Positions 30,009 through 40,571 are shown, counted from the first letter of the stretch. The stretch: DNA of 64,000 bases from an uncultured Planctomycetia bacterium (GCA_964629655.1 CAZVQU010000001.1:356056-420055), one strand, 5' to 3'. Made by a program: numbers and translations. Notes: a model not told the origin generated them from the sequence alone.

Positions 30009-30668
30009 TTACTCGAAATAGACGAACTCATAATCTCCCTTATAACCGAACTCGTTAAATAACCAAACCCATTCCTTATCGTTAAAGAATGCTTCACAGG
30101 TTAATGCCCAACATTGCAGATTAAAAAGTTCCCTCTCATTGCGATAACTTTCAACAGCAATATATTTATTTTTACCTACTCGCTCTATTTCTTGTACTGC
30201 CGCTTTAAGTTCGTTTATATAAAGATTATGCAAAGTTGTTATAGTTATTACCAAATCAAATTCTTTATCTTTAAATGGATAAGGATCTTGGGCTCGGTGG
30301 ATAAATGAACTACTCTTTATCTCATCTTTAGCATCCTCTATCCCGTGCTGCGATATATCAAATCCTTTAACTGTAGCGTTGGGTAAAAGCTTCTTAAGTT
30401 CATAAAGCAAATACCCTTTGCCACAACCTACATCTAATATCTTGGCATCGCTTTTAAGTCCATAATGCTCTATCATCTTTTTAGCAACGATTTCCCATCG
30501 GCCATCATATCTGTAGCCGCCATAGCCGTATCTTCTATCACCATCCCAATAATCTTTGCCGTATTTTCTAGCTACTATTGAGCAGGCTACCTTCTCGTCT
30601 GCCATCCGACCCACATAATCTCTGCTCGTTCTTTTATGTAATGGTGTTATGATATTTAATAATCCCAC
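30009..30668 (-). CDS. Class I SAM-dependent methyltransferase
   Basis: YWDGDRRYGYGGY, ILDVGCGKG, FDLV, LHNL. Confidence 0.88.
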   Translation of the reverse strand: MGLLNIITPLHKRTSRDYVGRMADEKVACSIVARKYGKDYWDGDRRYGYGGYRYDGRWEIVAKKMIEHYGLKSDAKILDVGCGKGYLLYELKKLLPNATVKGFDISQHGIEDAKDEIKSSSFIHRAQDPYPFKDKEFDLVITITTLHNLYINELKAAVQEIERVGKNKYIAVESYRNERELFNLQCWALTCEAFFNDKEWVWLFNEFGYKGDYEFVYFE

Positions 30669-30670
30669 AT

Positions 30671-31630
30671 TTACCCCTTTATTAAATCTTTTATCTTTCT
30701 TTCCTTTTTGTCTCGATATAAATTTTCTGTCTCCTCTACGATATGTCTAAAAGAAAGACCATTCATCTCCTTCATCTCCTGATAAGAACCATAGCCAGAA
30801 GGGAAAACCCCCCCAAGCCCCATACGTTTAAACATAACCTTATCGCTACTCTCCTCAGATATTACTTCAGCTACTGCACTTCCCAAGCCTCCTATAATAC
30901 TATGCTCTTCTACAGTAAGAATAGCTCCTGTAGATGAGGCTGCTTGAATAATTATCTCTTTATCAATAGGCTTAATCGTAGGCATATTAATAAGAAGTGG
31001 CGAAATTCCTTTTTTTTCTAATTCATCTACTGCTTTAAGTACTTCATGAACAATGCCCCCGGTTGCAATAATAGTAACATCTTTCCCTTCACGCAGAATA
31101 ACTCCTTTACCTACCTGAAAATCATAATCCTGGGTATATACCTCAGGCCCACTGCCCGTAGCTAAACGTATGAATACTGGTCCATCAATAGCTGCGGCAG
31201 CAGAAGTTACTTTTCTTGCCTCAAGACCGTCAGCAGGAGAAAAAATAGTCATATTAGGCAATACTCGCATTACAGCAATATCCTCAGTTGCATGGTGAGT
31301 AGGGCCCAAATTGCTATAGACAAAACCGCCGCCGATTCCAACCAACTTTACATTCATTTTCTGCAAGCAAACATCATTTCTAACCTGCTCAAAAGCTCTC
31401 ATAGTAAGAAAACAAGAAATAGTATAAGTAAAAGGAATCTTACCGCAAGAAGCAAGCCCAGCAGCAACACTAATCATATTCGCTTCAGAAATACCAAAAT
31501 TGATGAAGCGGTCACCAAAATCCTTACGGTATCGATCATAGACAATAGCCCCATTATCTGCTACTAAAGCGAGGATGTTTTTGTCATCCTTAGCTAGATC
31601 ATATAATTGTGCTAGATAATCATTTCGCAT
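30671..31630 (-). CDS. Transketolase-like C-terminal subunit
   Basis: GISEAN, GPTHH, VEEH..GGLG. Confidence 0.9.
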   Translation of the reverse strand: MRNDYLAQLYDLAKDDKNILALVADNGAIVYDRYRKDFGDRFINFGISEANMISVAAGLASCGKIPFTYTISCFLTMRAFEQVRNDVCLQKMNVKLVGIGGGFVYSNLGPTHHATEDIAVMRVLPNMTIFSPADGLEARKVTSAAAAIDGPVFIRLATGSGPEVYTQDYDFQVGKGVILREGKDVTIIATGGIVHEVLKAVDELEKKGISPLLINMPTIKPIDKEIIIQAASSTGAILTVEEHSIIGGLGSAVAEVISEESSDKVMFKRMGLGGVFPSGYGSYQEMKEMNGLSFRHIVEETENLYRDKKERKIKDLIKG

Positions 31631-32459
31631 TCAACTGCTCCTGAAAATCCTCAATGCCTAACTCTCGACAGGCAATCTTCATCTCCTGATCATTGGGCAG
31701 GCGATAATGCCAGAGGGCAACATCCTCCATAAATGATACACCTTTACCTTTAGTAGTATTTGCCACTATTAAATTCGGCTTACCCTTAGCAAAAGGAATG
31801 CTTTTAAAAGTATCCTGTAATTGAGAAATATTATGACCATCAACCTCTTTTGCCTCCCAACCAAAAGACTTCCATTTATCAACTAAAGGATCTAAAGAAA
31901 CGATCTCATCAAGCTTGTCCATAGCTTGAAATTTATTGTAATCTATTATGGCAACAAGGTTGTCTAACCTATGTTGAGGGGCAAACAAAGCTGCTTCCCA
32001 AATAGAGCCTTCCTGGCATTCACCGTCGCCTAATAAAACAAATACACGATAAACCTTCTTGTCAAACTTAGCAGCTAAAGCCATCCCTACCCCAAAAGGA
32101 AACCCGTGCCCTAAAGCTCCTGTTGAGGCCTCCACTCCGGGAACTTTATACATATCAGGATGCCCGCCCAGAATCGTTCCGCACTTACCAAAGGTATCAA
32201 GGTGTGCTTTTTTAAAAAATCCTCTATCAGCAAGTATAGAATACAAAGCAACACCGGCATGGCCTTTACTTAATATAAATCTATCCCTTGCCGGATCAGT
32301 AGGATTTTTAGGATTAATATTTAAAATTTCATAATAAAGAACAGCTAAAATTTCGGCAGTTGAAAGTGAACCGGTGATATGACCGCCGCCACCTTTACAA
32401 ATAGTCCTAAACATCAACCTTCTTAGCTCTTTAGCTTTTTCTTGTAAATCTATCTTCAT
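31620..32459 (-). CDS. Transketolase-like N-terminal (TPP-binding) subunit
   Basis: GHITGSLS, LSKGH, STGALGHG, GDGECQEG...N, KGKG...WH. Confidence 0.92.
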   Translation of the reverse strand: MKIDLQEKAKELRRLMFRTICKGGGGHITGSLSTAEILAVLYYEILNINPKNPTDPARDRFILSKGHAGVALYSILADRGFFKKAHLDTFGKCGTILGGHPDMYKVPGVEASTGALGHGFPFGVGMALAAKFDKKVYRVFVLLGDGECQEGSIWEAALFAPQHRLDNLVAIIDYNKFQAMDKLDEIVSLDPLVDKWKSFGWEAKEVDGHNISQLQDTFKSIPFAKGKPNLIVANTTKGKGVSFMEDVALWHYRLPNDQEMKIACRELGIEDFQEQLNAK

Positions 32460-32460
32460 G

Positions 32461-33474
32461 CTACTTGAGATTAATTTCTTTCATTGTTTTTATATTGTAA
32501 TAACGACTATCTGTTAAAGAATCTTTCAACTTGCCCTCCCTAAAAGCCTTTATCAAATCGCTCACTCCGTCTTCAATGGTATGTTTAGGAATAAATTGTA
32601 ATTCCCGATTAATCTTCTCTGACGAAATGTGGTAAGACCGCGGATCATCCGAAGGAACTGTAGATATCTTGAGGTTTTTATGCTCAGAGCATTCTTTGCT
32701 TACAACATCACGGGCAACTTCAGCAATGTCAGCAATTGAACGATTCTGATACCCTGCGTTGAAAGTCTTTCCAGCAATTTTCTCACTAGGCAACTCAAGA
32801 AGCATGCAATATAAATCAGTTATATCCTCAATATGAATATTAGGGCGGGTTTGTTTGCCGCCAAAAACAGTAATCTTACCCTTATTGAAAGCGTGGTTAG
32901 TTAAAATATTCACTGTTAAATCAAAACGTTGACGCGGTGAATAACCGCAAACTGTAGCCGGCCGTATTACAACAGTGGTAAAATCCGGTGATTGATATTC
33001 AAGAAGGAGTGGTTCACAAAGGCCTTTATATTTATTATAATCAGTAATAGGCACTAATGGGTGGTCTTCGGTTACTTCCGGAGCATCGCTTAACCCGTAT
33101 ACACTACAAGTTGAAGCGTATATAAACCGTTTAACGCCGCTTTCTTTGCTAATACGGACTAGTGGTTTAAAAGCATCATAATTAATCGAACGGCTCAGTT
33201 CGGGATTAAGTTCAAAACAAGGATCATTAGAAATACAAGCAAGGTGAATAACCGCATCGCACCCCACCAAAAGATTTTTGAGCAATTTCTGGTCACGTAT
33301 ATCACCATTTATTTGTTTTAAGCAAGGGTTGTCCTTAACTGCGTCTAAAACATCTTTACCGTAAATATAAAGATCAAGCACCTTAACCTTGTAACCTTTA
33401 TCTAGTAATTTTGGAACTAAAACTGCTCCAACATACCCTGCCCCACCAGTAACTAAAATAGTCTTCTTACTCAC
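32461..33474 (-). CDS. NAD-dependent epimerase/dehydratase (extended SDR)
   Basis: TGGAGYVG, HLACISNDP, YNKYK, RPATVCG. Confidence 0.9.
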   Translation of the reverse strand: MSKKTILVTGGAGYVGAVLVPKLLDKGYKVKVLDLYIYGKDVLDAVKDNPCLKQINGDIRDQKLLKNLLVGCDAVIHLACISNDPCFELNPELSRSINYDAFKPLVRISKESGVKRFIYASTCSVYGLSDAPEVTEDHPLVPITDYNKYKGLCEPLLLEYQSPDFTTVVIRPATVCGYSPRQRFDLTVNILTNHAFNKGKITVFGGKQTRPNIHIEDITDLYCMLLELPSEKIAGKTFNAGYQNRSIADIAEVARDVVSKECSEHKNLKISTVPSDDPRSYHISSEKINRELQFIPKHTIEDGVSDLIKAFREGKLKDSLTDSRYYNIKTMKEINLK

Positions 33475-34072
33475 GACACTCTGCCCTTTCTACTAATTTA
33501 GCTTTATTCTTTATAATAATATCGACTAAACAATGGCAAATTGAATGGTGCGTTATTTCAACAAATCCATATTCTGATATTGGAACATAGAAATTAATAT
33601 CGCCTAACCTTCTTAAGGGATTATCTTGATTAAACCCTGATAGGGTTATAACTTTTAGGCCCCTCTCTTTTGCGGCGGCTGCAGCACATAAGATATTTTC
33701 TGATTGCCCTGAACTACTAATAGCTATCAAGATATCTTGGGGTTCACTAAACATTTCAATTGGTTTCTCAAAAACATGTCTATACCCAAAGTCATTGCTG
33801 ATACAAGTTAGAAGCGAGCTATCATTAAAGCTAAATGCTTTTATGCCGGCATTCTTCCAGAAATCAGTAGCCATATGGCTTGCTATCGAAGCACTTGCAC
33901 CATTACCGATTAAAAAGAGTTTTCTTCCTTGAGTTGCTCGTTCAATAATCAGGTCAATAGACACCTCGGCTGCTTCGTCGAATTCATACCTTTCATTGTT
34001 TGATCCAGTAACAATAGTTTTCTCGAGCAATCCGCCCAAAACTTCAAAATATTCTCTAATATCTTTTTTCAT
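33467..34072 (-). CDS. SIS-domain phosphosugar isomerase (GmhA-like)
   Basis: GNGASASIASH, ND.G, ISSSG.S.N, E..H. Confidence 0.85.
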   Translation of the reverse strand: MKKDIREYFEVLGGLLEKTIVTGSNNERYEFDEAAEVSIDLIIERATQGRKLFLIGNGASASIASHMATDFWKNAGIKAFSFNDSSLLTCISNDFGYRHVFEKPIEMFSEPQDILIAISSSGQSENILCAAAAAKERGLKVITLSGFNQDNPLRRLGDINFYVPISEYGFVEITHHSICHCLVDIIIKNKAKLVERAECRE

Positions 34073-35601
34073 TTTAATAACCTCGTTATAAATTTGACTA
34101 AATCGACAGATTTTACCGGCTCCCGGTTACATATTATCTGAACCGCTAATGAGCCTACCGCGTTTCCGATAAAAGATGCTAAATCCTGCGACATTCCGTC
34201 TGCAAAACACGGCCCCACAAAGGCAAAAAAAGCATCCCCTGCGCCAATGGCATCAACAACACGATAAGAAAAGGCCGGGGTTGCATGAAAGCCTTCTCTT
34301 TCACAATAACTTAGGGACCCCGTCGGTCCACGAGTAGTAATAATATTCTCACAGTTAAGTTGCTGATATACTTTTTTAATCTGCTTTCGTAAATCACTCG
34401 ATTTATCATGGGTAGCATAACGTAACTCTAGCTCATCAACACAAACACAATCGGCCCGGGGATACTTAGTTACTAAATTAAACCCGATATTGGCACTATT
34501 GGTTTGTACATTTAAAGCAAGATATTTTGCCTTTCGGCAAATAAGATTGATAATCCGTTTTGTCAATAAACCATGGCCAAAATCAGAGATAACAACCAGA
34601 TCATAATTTTTTATTGTCTTATCAAGAGATTCTACGATTCTTGTCTCAAGTTCACGGGAGATATAATCATCTTCCATATAACAGATCTCAAATAATTTTC
34701 TATTTGTCCCCTCGGTCACAAATCTCCGTTTTACAATCGTACCGACATCGCGCCTAGGGAAGAAAACCGGGTTAACATTAGGGCTTAACCGACTCTTGAT
34801 AAAATTCTCAAAAGGATTCTTTTCACCCAAAACAGTTAGTAAATCAACTTCCCCGCAAACACTGGCAACATTATTTGCTGTGGCTAAAGTTCCGCCGGCA
34901 AACGATTCTTCTGACCGATACCGATTAGCCACCAAATGCTCCTTGGAAGACTTTCCCATTGGTAAACAGTAGTGATATTGGTCAATAATTGTATCTCCGA
35001 TTACTAGCGCTTTTAAGCTTTTGAGTGAATGTAATTTCTCGGTTATAAAGTCTATTGAATACCTCTTTGAAATTGCTCTTAAATATTTAACTGTCCTGGG
35101 AGAAAAAGTATCAAGATAATCATTAATCAATTTAGAAGAACTAAAAGTAATGTCATCGGTAAAAACTAAACGCCCTCCTACCGACTTTACCGCCTCTTCT
35201 TCGTCGTGGATCTTACCGGTTACGTCCTTTTCTTTATCCCTATAATCAGAACCTTTTGCGTAAATATTAGGCTTAAGTACCTTAATGCATTCGATAGCAA
35301 CTGATGAATCAATAATCGATATATAATCAGTAACCGCCAAAGACGCCAGAGTTTCGGCTCGCAGATGTTCATTGAAGATCGGCCGGCCTGGACCGCGCTT
35401 CACATGCTTATCTTTGGTAATGGTAACTACAAGAATATCACCTTCTTTCTTGGCCAGATTAAAATGGCGTATATGCCCAAGATGAACGAGATCAAAGACA
35501 CCATGACATTGAACAACTTTCTTACCTTTAGCCTTATGACCTGCTACAATCTTGGCTAAACTGCTTACTGTTTTTATCTTTTTTGTAATCTTTGTGTCCA
35601 T
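34069..35601 (-). CDS. Bifunctional nucleotidyltransferase + PfkB sugar kinase (HldE-like, reversed domain order)
   Basis: N-terminal HGVFDLVHLGH and KGSDY; C-terminal DFGHG and DAIGAGDAF. Start moved to ATG 35601. Confidence 0.88.
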   Translation of the reverse strand: MDTKITKKIKTVSSLAKIVAGHKAKGKKVVQCHGVFDLVHLGHIRHFNLAKKEGDILVVTITKDKHVKRGPGRPIFNEHLRAETLASLAVTDYISIIDSSVAIECIKVLKPNIYAKGSDYRDKEKDVTGKIHDEEEAVKSVGGRLVFTDDITFSSSKLINDYLDTFSPRTVKYLRAISKRYSIDFITEKLHSLKSLKALVIGDTIIDQYHYCLPMGKSSKEHLVANRYRSEESFAGGTLATANNVASVCGEVDLLTVLGEKNPFENFIKSRLSPNVNPVFFPRRDVGTIVKRRFVTEGTNRKLFEICYMEDDYISRELETRIVESLDKTIKNYDLVVISDFGHGLLTKRIINLICRKAKYLALNVQTNSANIGFNLVTKYPRADCVCVDELELRYATHDKSSDLRKQIKKVYQQLNCENIITTRGPTGSLSYCEREGFHATPAFSYRVVDAIGAGDAFFAFVGPCFADGMSQDLASFIGNAVGSLAVQIICNREPVKSVDLVKFITRLLK

Positions 35602-35602
35602 T

Positions 35603-36592
35603 CTACTCCTTTGCCAAACATTCAAACCATTCCTGGGTTGCCTCTTTAATTGACTCAGGTGTCCATACCGGAGCATCTTTCCAATAATCAATATTCTCAA
35701 TAATTTTTCCAATTCCCTCTTCGAAACTAATCCTTGGTTGCCAACCTAAAGCAGATTTAATCTTGTTTATGTCAGCATGGGTGCAATCCGGTTCGCCCGG
35801 CCTTTTGGGAATATGCACTTTTTCTCCTTTAAGAAGCGATACCAATCTATTTACACTTCGGGGATTGCCTGAACCAACATTAAAAACTTCATTTTTTACA
35901 TCCGAATATGCAGCTTGGATAAAAGCTTCTACTACATCAAAGACATGAATAAAATCCCGCCTCTGTTCTCCATCGCCAACAACTGTAAAGGGTTTACCGG
36001 CCAACTTTTGGGCTAAAAAAACACCAAAAACTGCTCCATATGTACCTGAGGTTCGTGAACGCGAGCCATAAACATTAAACAGCCTTAAAGAGATAACTGG
36101 CAATTTATATACCTGGCCCCAATGTAAAACAATTTCCTCGCCTAAATGCTTAGTGAGCGCATAAGGGTATTGAGGGTGAATTTCAGAAGTCTCCGGTGTA
36201 GGATATTTATCAGGAATACCGTAGCAAGATGAAGATGCAGTATAAACCAGTTTTTTAACCCCTGCTAACCTGGCAGCTTCTATGACAGAAAAAGTTCCGG
36301 TAACATTAGATTTATAATATTGGGCTGGGTTAACTATGGAAGGAACTATATCTGCTAAAGCCGCCATATGTATAACTATATCTATATCCTTAAAATGACC
36401 TTTTATAACCGAAAGTTCTGATATGTCTTTCTGGATAAACTCTAAATTCTTGTTATTTTTGTGATTATCTAGATTTTGTAATCTCCCGGTAGAAAGATTA
36501 TCAATAACTCTCACACTGTGGCTATCACAAAGCAAACGGTCAACCATATGGCTGCCAATAAAACCTGCTCCTCCAGTAACTAAATACCTCAT
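35603..36592 (-). CDS. NAD-dependent epimerase/dehydratase
   Basis: TGGAGFIG, ADIVPSI, YALTK, FNVYG. Confidence 0.9.
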   Translation of the reverse strand: MRYLVTGGAGFIGSHMVDRLLCDSHSVRVIDNLSTGRLQNLDNHKNNKNLEFIQKDISELSVIKGHFKDIDIVIHMAALADIVPSIVNPAQYYKSNVTGTFSVIEAARLAGVKKLVYTASSSCYGIPDKYPTPETSEIHPQYPYALTKHLGEEIVLHWGQVYKLPVISLRLFNVYGSRSRTSGTYGAVFGVFLAQKLAGKPFTVVGDGEQRRDFIHVFDVVEAFIQAAYSDVKNEVFNVGSGNPRSVNRLVSLLKGEKVHIPKRPGEPDCTHADINKIKSALGWQPRISFEEGIGKIIENIDYWKDAPVWTPESIKEATQEWFECLAKE

Positions 36593-36936
36593 CTGCTTCC
36601 TTTCAGTGCCTCTTCGCTACTTCTTAGCTTTTCCCATTCGTCTTTAAGCTTATTGAATTCTGCCTCTTTTCTTTTTAAAAAATGATATGTAAGCTTCACC
36701 TTTTGCCCTAACCCTTTTCCGGTAAGAATGTATTTTACTTTTCCAAGTTTCCCTGGGTTATGGGAAAAGTTCTTCATTTTTACTACGCCCCTTTTGATCA
36801 ATTCCTTTATAAGATAATTAGTCTTGCCTAAAGACATATTAAGATTCTTAGACAGTTCTCTTTGGGTAAGATTTGGAGAATTATGGAGCTCTGAGAGAAG
36901 TCGAAAAGCCTCTTCGTTATGGGAATGTTGGTTCAT
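36589..36936 (-). CDS. MarR-family, EPS-associated transcriptional regulator
   Basis: TQRELS..L.MSLGKTNY winged HTH, Y.LT.KG...K. Confidence 0.85.
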   Translation of the reverse strand: MNQHSHNEEAFRLLSELHNSPNLTQRELSKNLNMSLGKTNYLIKELIKRGVVKMKNFSHNPGKLGKVKYILTGKGLGQKVKLTYHFLKRKEAEFNKLKDEWEKLRSSEEALKGSR

Positions 36937-37077
36937 TGGTTATATAGTTAAAAAAAATTAAAGGTTATGGAAGCAGAAAAGGAGAGAAAAAGTTAGGACA
37001 AAGTTTGCTTTTTCTGAAAGTGTATTAGCCCAATCCTTCCTATCTTCTTAACCCCTCTAGATATCATAGCTATTGCT

Positions 37078-37809
37078 TTACCATTGGCTAACAATATAAT
37101 AAAATCCATTCTTTTTACCACTCACATCTTGCTCGAGAATTGTTTTTATAAACCTACCGCCGCCTTCTTTTATCATTGGTTTAAATATATCAGCGCTAGA
37201 ACCTCCACAACTTTCTAGCAATACAACATAACCATCCTTTTTCATAAACATTTTTATTTTATTGTAGAACCGTCTATGGACTCTCCAATCTTGGTCATAG
37301 ATTTTTATGTTAGTATGTGTTTTTTCGGTTACCAGGCAATGAGGAGGGTTCCCAACTACCAAATCCCACTGCTCACTTCGTGGAATTCCATCTAAGCAAT
37401 CGGATAAATAAATATTAACAAGGTTTTCAATTCCATTGTAAGAAGCAGTAGCTTTGGCTATTTCAACCGCTTTTGGATCTATGTCGGCTAATGTTAACTT
37501 TTCGCAAAAACCATTCGCCAAAAGGGAATATCCTATATACGCTGGCCCAGCACAAAACTCATAAATACTCTCACAGCGTTTTAATCCCAACATAAGCAAA
37601 CACTTTGAATAATCTTGCCCAAACTCACTCCCCCCGCCATCTAAGGAAGGTTTACCAAAAACACTTATTCCGTTGTAGATTACTTTACTGGTTTTATCAT
37701 CAATATAAGCTTTAGGTGAACTTTTCTTTCCCCTAATAACAATTCTTTTACAAACCTCTTTTAAAAGAAAAGAGCTTTTAAAATTAAGAAGCACAGGTGA
37801 TTTTTCCAT
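37078..37809 (-). CDS. Class I SAM-dependent methyltransferase (NPPH motif)
   Basis: EFCAGPAYIG, ADID, DLVVGNPPH; SD AAGGAGG. Confidence 0.8.
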   Translation of the reverse strand: MEKSPVLLNFKSSFLLKEVCKRIVIRGKKSSPKAYIDDKTSKVIYNGISVFGKPSLDGGGSEFGQDYSKCLLMLGLKRCESIYEFCAGPAYIGYSLLANGFCEKLTLADIDPKAVEIAKATASYNGIENLVNIYLSDCLDGIPRSEQWDLVVGNPPHCLVTEKTHTNIKIYDQDWRVHRRFYNKIKMFMKKDGYVVLLESCGGSSADIFKPMIKEGGGRFIKTILEQDVSGKKNGFYYIVSQW

Positions 37810-37878
37810 TTTCCCTCCTTATAATTATTTTCTTTTCTCTGTCTCTTAAACCTTTAGATATTGTGGCAAGTCCACCTT

Positions 37879-37951
37879 CACGCTATTTTTTCTGCCCGAA
37901 CGGACTCCGTCCCGCTCAGTCCCATTCATCTTTCTTCCATCCGAAAAGACG
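37879..37951 (-). promoter_or_regulatory. Structured GC-rich intergenic element after the antiterminator gene (candidate cis element)
   Basis: Hairpin CUGAGCGGGAC-GGA-GUCCGUUCGG, a second possible stem CGUCUUU/AAAGAUG, then GGGCAG-A-tract-TAGCGTG. Confidence 0.35.
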
Positions 37952-37990
37952 TTCTAACAAAAGGATACGGTATTAATAATTTATCTCTTC

Positions 37991-38539
37991 TTAAGCTACC
38001 TCAGCAAAACATGCATCAGTAACAAATTTAATCGATGATTGAATTGCATCAACTGAAATCACTATGGTAGTACTCTTGTCTCTTTTCTCTACAATATAAC
38101 CCTCTAATCCCTTCAAAGGCCCTGCTTTAATGAAGACTTTATCTCCCACATTTAAATAAGGATGATAATCAACCTCGATATCATTTGTGGCCAGAACTTT
38201 TAAGGAACTTATGACTAACTCCTCAACCGCTATATATTGCTTATTGAAATGCACTAATCCAGCTACGCCGAGTTGAGAAATAATCTTTATCTTATCTTTT
38301 AAATAGAATTTCGCAAAACAGTATCCTTTAAAAAGGGGCTCTTCAATTAATTTTATTCTGTCTGACCAACTTCTCCGTATATTTACCTTAGGAGTAAAAG
38401 CCTCAATCCCTTTCTGCAACAATTGGTTTTCAACAAACTTTTCGTGGCGAGATTTGGTATATAGAACTCTCCACTTCTTAGCATCAACTTCTTCGTTATG
38501 GGATTCGGGGAAATGGTCAAGATCAACATGTTCATTCAT
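37991..38539 (-). CDS. NusG-paralog transcription antiterminator (UpxY/RfaH/LoaP-like)
   Basis: W.VLYTKSRHEK, WSDR.K....PLFKGY.F, KOW-like VGDKV.I..GPLKGLEG. Start moved to ATG 38539, just after a promoter. Confidence 0.88.
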   Translation of the reverse strand: MNEHVDLDHFPESHNEEVDAKKWRVLYTKSRHEKFVENQLLQKGIEAFTPKVNIRRSWSDRIKLIEEPLFKGYCFAKFYLKDKIKIISQLGVAGLVHFNKQYIAVEELVISSLKVLATNDIEVDYHPYLNVGDKVFIKAGPLKGLEGYIVEKRDKSTTIVISVDAIQSSIKFVTDACFAEVA

Positions 38540-38546
38540 TGAACAT

Positions 38547-38574
38547 ATTTTACCCCTTACCTTATATATGTCAA
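38547..38574 (-). promoter_or_regulatory. Sigma70 promoter for the antiterminator gene
   Basis: TTGACA-16 bp-TAAAAT, 7 nt before the ATG. Confidence 0.7.
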
Positions 38575-38642
38575 TATGTTTTATAAACTGTTGGGGTAAA
38601 GACTCAAGGCCTCTAAGTCTTTGTGCAAGAAGAAGTAAGATA

Positions 38643-40532
38643 TCAAGAATATCTTCGCCTCTCAACATATCCTTTCTCAAGCAGATAATTTAAAATGGTT
38701 TGTGCTCCTTCTTCTCTAGTTAGATTTTGGGTATCAATAATTATTTCTGGATTCTCCGGCTCCTCATAAGGGGCTGAAACTCCGGTAAACTCCTTTATTT
38801 CTCCTTGACGGGCTTTTTTGTAAAGTCCCTTAGGGTCTCTTTTTTCACAAGTAGAAATATCTGCCTTGATGAAAACTTCTACAAAGTCGCCCTCGTGCAC
38901 TAGACTTCTTACTTTTGCTCTATCTTCTTTATAGGGAGAAATAAAGGCAGTGGTTATTAAACTCCCTGAGTCACAGAAAAGCTTTGCGACCTCACCTATT
39001 CTCCTTATATTTTCCTCCCTATCTTGGGGGGAAAACCCTAAGTCTTTATTTAAGCCATGTCTGATGTTGTCTCCGTCTAAAACGTAAGTATTGTGTCCTA
39101 GTTCAAATAATAAAGCTTGAAGTTCAACAGCAATTGTCGATTTACCTGAAGAAGGAAGACCGGTAAACCAAATAATAGCGCCTTTATGCCGGTTTCTTTT
39201 TTCCCGGTCTTGCTTTGATATGCCGGATTCATGCCAGGTTATATTCTTACTCTTTATCCCTTTATCTCTATTCTTCTCCTTGTAAAATTCGATCAAAATC
39301 TCTGCAACGGGTTTACGCATAATTCTTTCATCAACTTCTTCTGCATTTTCTAACTTTTTACGTAAACCTTTTCCGGAAATTGACACCTTACGATAACCCT
39401 TTTCCTTAAACTCCTTAACCAATCCTACCCTTCCTATTTCTTCAAAGTAAGCAGCAAAACCGACTTTAACCGGTTTTATAAAAAGTTCACCTGCTAGATC
39501 ATCAAACTTCTTGTGGGCATCAAAATCTCCCCAAACAACCTCCCCAGTATCAAAAGAAGCGTCAGCGTGCTTTCTGCCAATTACTATATCGCTAAACCCG
39601 TAATTCTGCCGATAAATTGCATGCATAACTGCTTCTTTTGGCCCGGCATAAAACATCTTCATATCAAGACCTATAAGTAAAAATTGATCATTTAGGTCGT
39701 AACCTTTACTCTTCCAAAAATCTAAATCTTTATCCCCATAACCTAATACTTTATTATCGATTAAAGCCTCATAAGACCTCATCCTCACTTCTGCAGGTAC
39801 ATCGTCAGACTTAGTAGCTCCTACTAAAGGATTTAACACTACCCCGGTAAAGAATCCTTCCTTTGTCAATTTTTCAACCGCATAAACAAGCGCGTATTCA
39901 TGAGCCCGATGCAAAGCATTCCTCGTCTGAAAAGCAACAATCCTTTCCCACCCTCGCTCCTCAAATAGAATTCTGGTTTCCTCCGGACTAAGCATATATT
40001 TACCATACACCGGATGGTCTAATGCCGGTAAAGCCCAGATCTTTCCCCCCAAAAGATGATTTCTCCCGTCCTCATTAACTATTCGAGGTCCGGGGTGATC
40101 GGCTCTTTCAGTGCCGTAAACGGATTTATTGTATTTAGCCTTATCAAAAAAGTAAGTATCCGAAACCTCTAAAGTCCCGATAATTACTCCATGTTCACTT
40201 TTTACAACAATGGTTTCACCAATTTTAAAATTGTTCGCTTCTTGGCCGGATATTGGAAAAGCTAATGGAATTGTCCATGCATATTTCTTACCATCTCTTT
40301 CTATAACTTCTTCATCCAAAACTCGGTTAAACTCATTGCTATCCATCGGTCCTTCCAGAGGCGACAAAGCTCCATCGGCAATCCGATAGAATATTGACAG
40401 ATCAGCATTACTGATAGTATAGGTTTTTAGCTTTAAAGCTTTTTGGACAAAAGATTCTCTTTCTACTTCTGGAACGACCCTGCTTATAAGCCCACACCCG
40501 CCATGAGCAGAAAGACTAGCCTTAGTTGTCAT
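38643..40532 (-). CDS. Bifunctional sulfate adenylyltransferase (Sat-type) / APS kinase
   Basis: [30 protein letters not shown]; C-terminal [26 protein letters not shown]. Confidence 0.92.
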   Translation of the reverse strand: MTTKASLSAHGGCGLISRVVPEVERESFVQKALKLKTYTISNADLSIFYRIADGALSPLEGPMDSNEFNRVLDEEVIERDGKKYAWTIPLAFPISGQEANNFKIGETIVVKSEHGVIIGTLEVSDTYFFDKAKYNKSVYGTERADHPGPRIVNEDGRNHLLGGKIWALPALDHPVYGKYMLSPEETRILFEERGWERIVAFQTRNALHRAHEYALVYAVEKLTKEGFFTGVVLNPLVGATKSDDVPAEVRMRSYEALIDNKVLGYGDKDLDFWKSKGYDLNDQFLLIGLDMKMFYAGPKEAVMHAIYRQNYGFSDIVIGRKHADASFDTGEVVWGDFDAHKKFDDLAGELFIKPVKVGFAAYFEEIGRVGLVKEFKEKGYRKVSISGKGLRKKLENAEEVDERIMRKPVAEILIEFYKEKNRDKGIKSKNITWHESGISKQDREKRNRHKGAIIWFTGLPSSGKSTIAVELQALLFELGHNTYVLDGDNIRHGLNKDLGFSPQDREENIRRIGEVAKLFCDSGSLITTAFISPYKEDRAKVRSLVHEGDFVEVFIKADISTCEKRDPKGLYKKARQGEIKEFTGVSAPYEEPENPEIIIDTQNLTREEGAQTILNYLLEKGYVERRRYS

Positions 40533-40571
40533 AGCATAACCCTCCTTGTTAAAATTAATTTTGCTTGCTCT

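Noticed and set aside
38540-38680. Long N-terminal extensions in listed ORFs (antiterminator, HldE-like, radical SAM, prmC, lptD)
   Set aside because: Artifacts of longest-ORF calling; downstream ATGs fit promoters, overlaps or signal peptides better.
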